Assembly: GCA_902780915.1 (NCBI GenBank)
Contig: CACZHK010000011.1
Location: 3,767 to 67,766 of the forward strand
Reading direction: 5' to 3'
DNA length: 64,000 nt
From: Selenomonas ruminantium
GTDB taxonomy: Bacteria > Bacillota > Negativicutes > Selenomonadales > Selenomonadaceae
Under the pieces are notes generated by a model. That model had not been told where the DNA came from, made no database searches, and was given only the letters and a program-made list of their open reading frames with translations. The translations under genes and the position numbers were made by a program. Of the stretch, positions 61,810-64,000 are shown one piece after another (the first letter of the stretch is position 1; the number at the start of each line of letters is the position of its first letter).

Positions 61810-63426
61810 TTAGTATGCCACATGAGAGCCTAAAAATGCAAGAGCCGACTTCATGCCATCCACCGCAGCGCTCATGATGCCCCCGGCGTAGCCTGCCCCT
61901 TCTCCGATGGGATAAAGGCCCGGCGTGGCCTCGGCCATCATAGACTCCCGCTGCCGCACTATGCGGCAGGGGGCAGAAGAACGGGACTCAAGGCCCGTCA
62001 TCACCACCCCAGGGTCGGCAAAACCGGGAATCTTCCTGTCAAAGAAGGGCAGCGCCCCCGCCAAAGTCCTGCTGATGAAGTCCGGCAGGCAGCCATGCAG
62101 GTCAGCGGCCCTCACCCCCGGACGGTAGGTAGGACTGGTGAGGAAGGCTTCAGAGCCGGCAGTTCCGGAGAGAAAATCCCCCACCGTCTGCACAGGCGCC
62201 CTGTAATCCCTGCCCCCGAGCTCAAAGGCCAGGTGCTCCAGCTTTTCCTGCATTTGCATGCCGGAAAGCACCTCCCTGCCAAAATCCTCCGGCCCCACCT
62301 GCACCAGGAGAGCACTGTTGGCGATGCCGGAGTCACGGGCAAAGTTGCTCATGCCATTGGTGACCACACCTTCATGCTCGGAGGTGGCTGCCACCACCAG
62401 CCCGCCGGGGCACATGCAGAAGGAATAGGCTCCCCTGCCCGTCACCGGATCCTTGTAGGTCAGGGCATAATCTGCCACAGGCAGCCGCGGGTGCCCCGCG
62501 TCAATCCCGTACTGGGCCCTGTCAATGAATTCCTGGGGATGCTCGATGCGCACCCCCATGGCAAAGGGCTTGGCTTCCATTTTGAGACCCCGGCTGAAGA
62601 GCATGCGGTAGGTGTCGCGGGCAGAGTGGCCGATGCCGAAGAAGGCAGCCTGGCAGGGAAGGCGCTCCTCCCCCTCCACTATCAGAGCCGCAAGGCTGCC
62701 GTCACTGCCCAGCTCAAGATCCGTGACCCTGGCACCGAACCGCACCTCACCACCCAGGGCGATGATTTCCTGCCTGATGCGTTTGACAATGCCCCGCAAC
62801 AGATCTGTCCCGATATGGGGCTTGTGGAGGTAGCGGATTTCCTCGGGCGCTCCTGCCTTGATAAAAGCCTCTATGACTTCCCCCATCAAGGGGTCGCTCA
62901 CCCTGGTAGTGAGTTTGCCGTCGGAAAAGGTACCTGCCCCTCCCTCGCCAAACTGCACATTGGACTGAAGCTTCAGCCTGCCTCCCTGCCAAAAAGATTC
63001 TATGTCCTTGGTACGGGTATCAACATCCGCCCCCCGCTCCAGCACCAAAGGCCTGTAACCTGCTCTGGCCAAAGTAAGGGCTGCAAACATGCCCGCAGGG
63101 CCAAAGCCCACCACCACAGGCGGCAATTCGCCCTGTCCGGGAGCAGGGAACTTCCTTTCAGCCCGGGGCTTGGGTGCCGTGATTTCCAGATCCTTGTCCT
63201 TTTTCAGCTTCCCCCGCAGCTTCTTTTCGTGAGCCGGGGCCACCTCCACATCCAGCATATAGGTGAACTGGATAGGTGCCCCGCGATAGCGGCGGGCATC
63301 TATGGCCTTACGCACAATTACCACCCCAAGCACAGCCTGGGGTGGTAATCCGAGACGCTTAGCCACAAGGATCGGCAAAGCAGCCTCTTCGCTGAGAGGC
63401 ACCTGCATATTCTTGATTCTAAGCAA
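61810..63426 (-). CDS. FAD-dependent protein of the COG2509 type (NAD(FAD)-utilising dehydrogenase-like)
   Basis: N-terminal ferredoxin-like segment (IKNMQVPL...KAIDARR), dinucleotide fold VVVGFGPAGMFAAL and the NVQFGEGGAGTFSDGKLTT block. Confidence 0.75.
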   Translation of the reverse strand: MLRIKNMQVPLSEEAALPILVAKRLGLPPQAVLGVVIVRKAIDARRYRGAPIQFTYMLDVEVAPAHEKKLRGKLKKDKDLEITAPKPRAERKFPAPGQGELPPVVVGFGPAGMFAALTLARAGYRPLVLERGADVDTRTKDIESFWQGGRLKLQSNVQFGEGGAGTFSDGKLTTRVSDPLMGEVIEAFIKAGAPEEIRYLHKPHIGTDLLRGIVKRIRQEIIALGGEVRFGARVTDLELGSDGSLAALIVEGEERLPCQAAFFGIGHSARDTYRMLFSRGLKMEAKPFAMGVRIEHPQEFIDRAQYGIDAGHPRLPVADYALTYKDPVTGRGAYSFCMCPGGLVVAATSEHEGVVTNGMSNFARDSGIANSALLVQVGPEDFGREVLSGMQMQEKLEHLAFELGGRDYRAPVQTVGDFLSGTAGSEAFLTSPTYRPGVRAADLHGCLPDFISRTLAGALPFFDRKIPGFADPGVVMTGLESRSSAPCRIVRQRESMMAEATPGLYPIGEGAGYAGGIMSAAVDGMKSALAFLGSHVAY

Positions 63427-63451
63427 TTATCCTTCACTCCATCATCAGAAA

Positions 63452-64000
63452 CTACTTCTCCTTCTCATCGGACTTCTTGATGTCCAGGTACACCGTAACT
63501 TCCTTGTTGGTCACTGTGACTCCCTCGGGCAGTTTCAGCTGCACCTTGCGGCTGGTGGACTTGTCAGCCGTCCCCAGATCTATCTCCTCCGTCTCCACAG
63601 CCGTGATCTGGGAAAGCACCTCGTCTGAACCAGCAATCTCAATCTTCACCGGATCTACCTTCACGCCGGACATAACCAGCCCCTTGGGCAAGGATCCCTT
63701 GGTCAAAGCCTTGATTTTCACCACTTTCTTGGTAAGCCCCCTGGCCAGCTGCACATCTGCCTGCACGGAAGAAGGCCTCACAATAATCCCGCTGACTTCC
63801 CTGCCATCTACATTGATGGCAGTAAGGGGCACCTGCAGGCTGAAATCCGTGCCATTGCCGGAAAGCCCCACATAGCCAATCACCCGATTCACCTCGTCCA
63901 GCAGGGACTTCGGCCCCTCCACCTCCACCACGGCAGCTGTCTGGGAAACCTTGGCCACAGTAGTACCCGGAGCCGTAGCCCCGGTGACAATGAGCTCCGC
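63452..64000 (-). CDS. cdaR: YbbR-domain protein (CdaR-like), C-terminal part; 5' end lies outside the window
   Basis: Repeated YbbR-type beta modules. The frame stays open from 63958 to the window edge (AELIVTGATAPGTTV...). The position upstream of glmM matches the cdaA-cdaR-glmM order. Confidence 0.7.
   Translation of the reverse strand, partial: AELIVTGATAPGTTVAKVSQTAAVVEVEGPKSLLDEVNRVIGYVGLSGNGTDFSLQVPLTAINVDGREVSGIIVRPSSVQADVQLARGLTKKVVKIKALTKGSLPKGLVMSGVKVDPVKIEIAGSDEVLSQITAVETEEIDLGTADKSTSRKVQLKLPEGVTVTNKEVTVYLDIKKSDEKEK

Overview
This 64-kb chromosomal window has a Firmicutes-type gene order, and almost all genes are on the minus strand. The conserved backbone includes dinB; ftsH-hpt-tilS-yabR-like-divIC; hup; a YabN-like methylase and mfd; rpoE-like-pyrG; argS; lgt; an OmpR-type two-component system; and guaB. 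It continues with tRNA-Pro; rpoC-rpoB; rplL-rplJ-rplA-rplK-nusG-secE-rpmG; a tRNA cluster (Met, Thr, two initiator fMet); PPi-phosphofructokinase; the Na+-decarboxylase beta and gamma subunits; cbiK; glmM; and a partial cdaR. The PPi-PFK, Na+-pumping decarboxylase and anaerobic cobaltochelatase suggest an anaerobe, possibly a Negativicute. That placement is inference only. The one clear accessory region is a visibly AT-richer island of about 14 kb (about 13.0-27.1 kb; composition judged by eye, not computed), located directly upstream of mfd. It carries a Schlafen/AlbA_2-type ATPase-wHTH protein, a YhcG (DUF1016) PD-(D/E)XK nuclease and a tightly coupled four-gene operon. It also carries a divergent XRE regulator and an Rpn-family nuclease. 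The operon is SNF2 helicase, DUF4391-like protein, type III Mod and type III Res. This extended type III restriction-modification (R-M) operon is my best candidate for an undescribed composite defence system. It has a palindromic operator over its promoter and near-identical hairpin repeats bracketing the module. Other points worth follow-up are an orphan promoter-to-terminator transcription unit of about 200 nt (a candidate ncRNA) between tRNA-Pro and guaB, and an S-adenosylmethionine decarboxylase homologue lacking the self-processing serine. Also notable are a delta-subunit-like HARE-HTH protein with a basic instead of acidic tail, an AAA-ATPase/PD-(D/E)XK gene inserted between rplL and rpoB, and an FAD protein inserted between cdaR and glmM. 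No rRNA, CRISPR array, integrase or transposase was seen. All family assignments come from motif recognition by eye, not from database searches.
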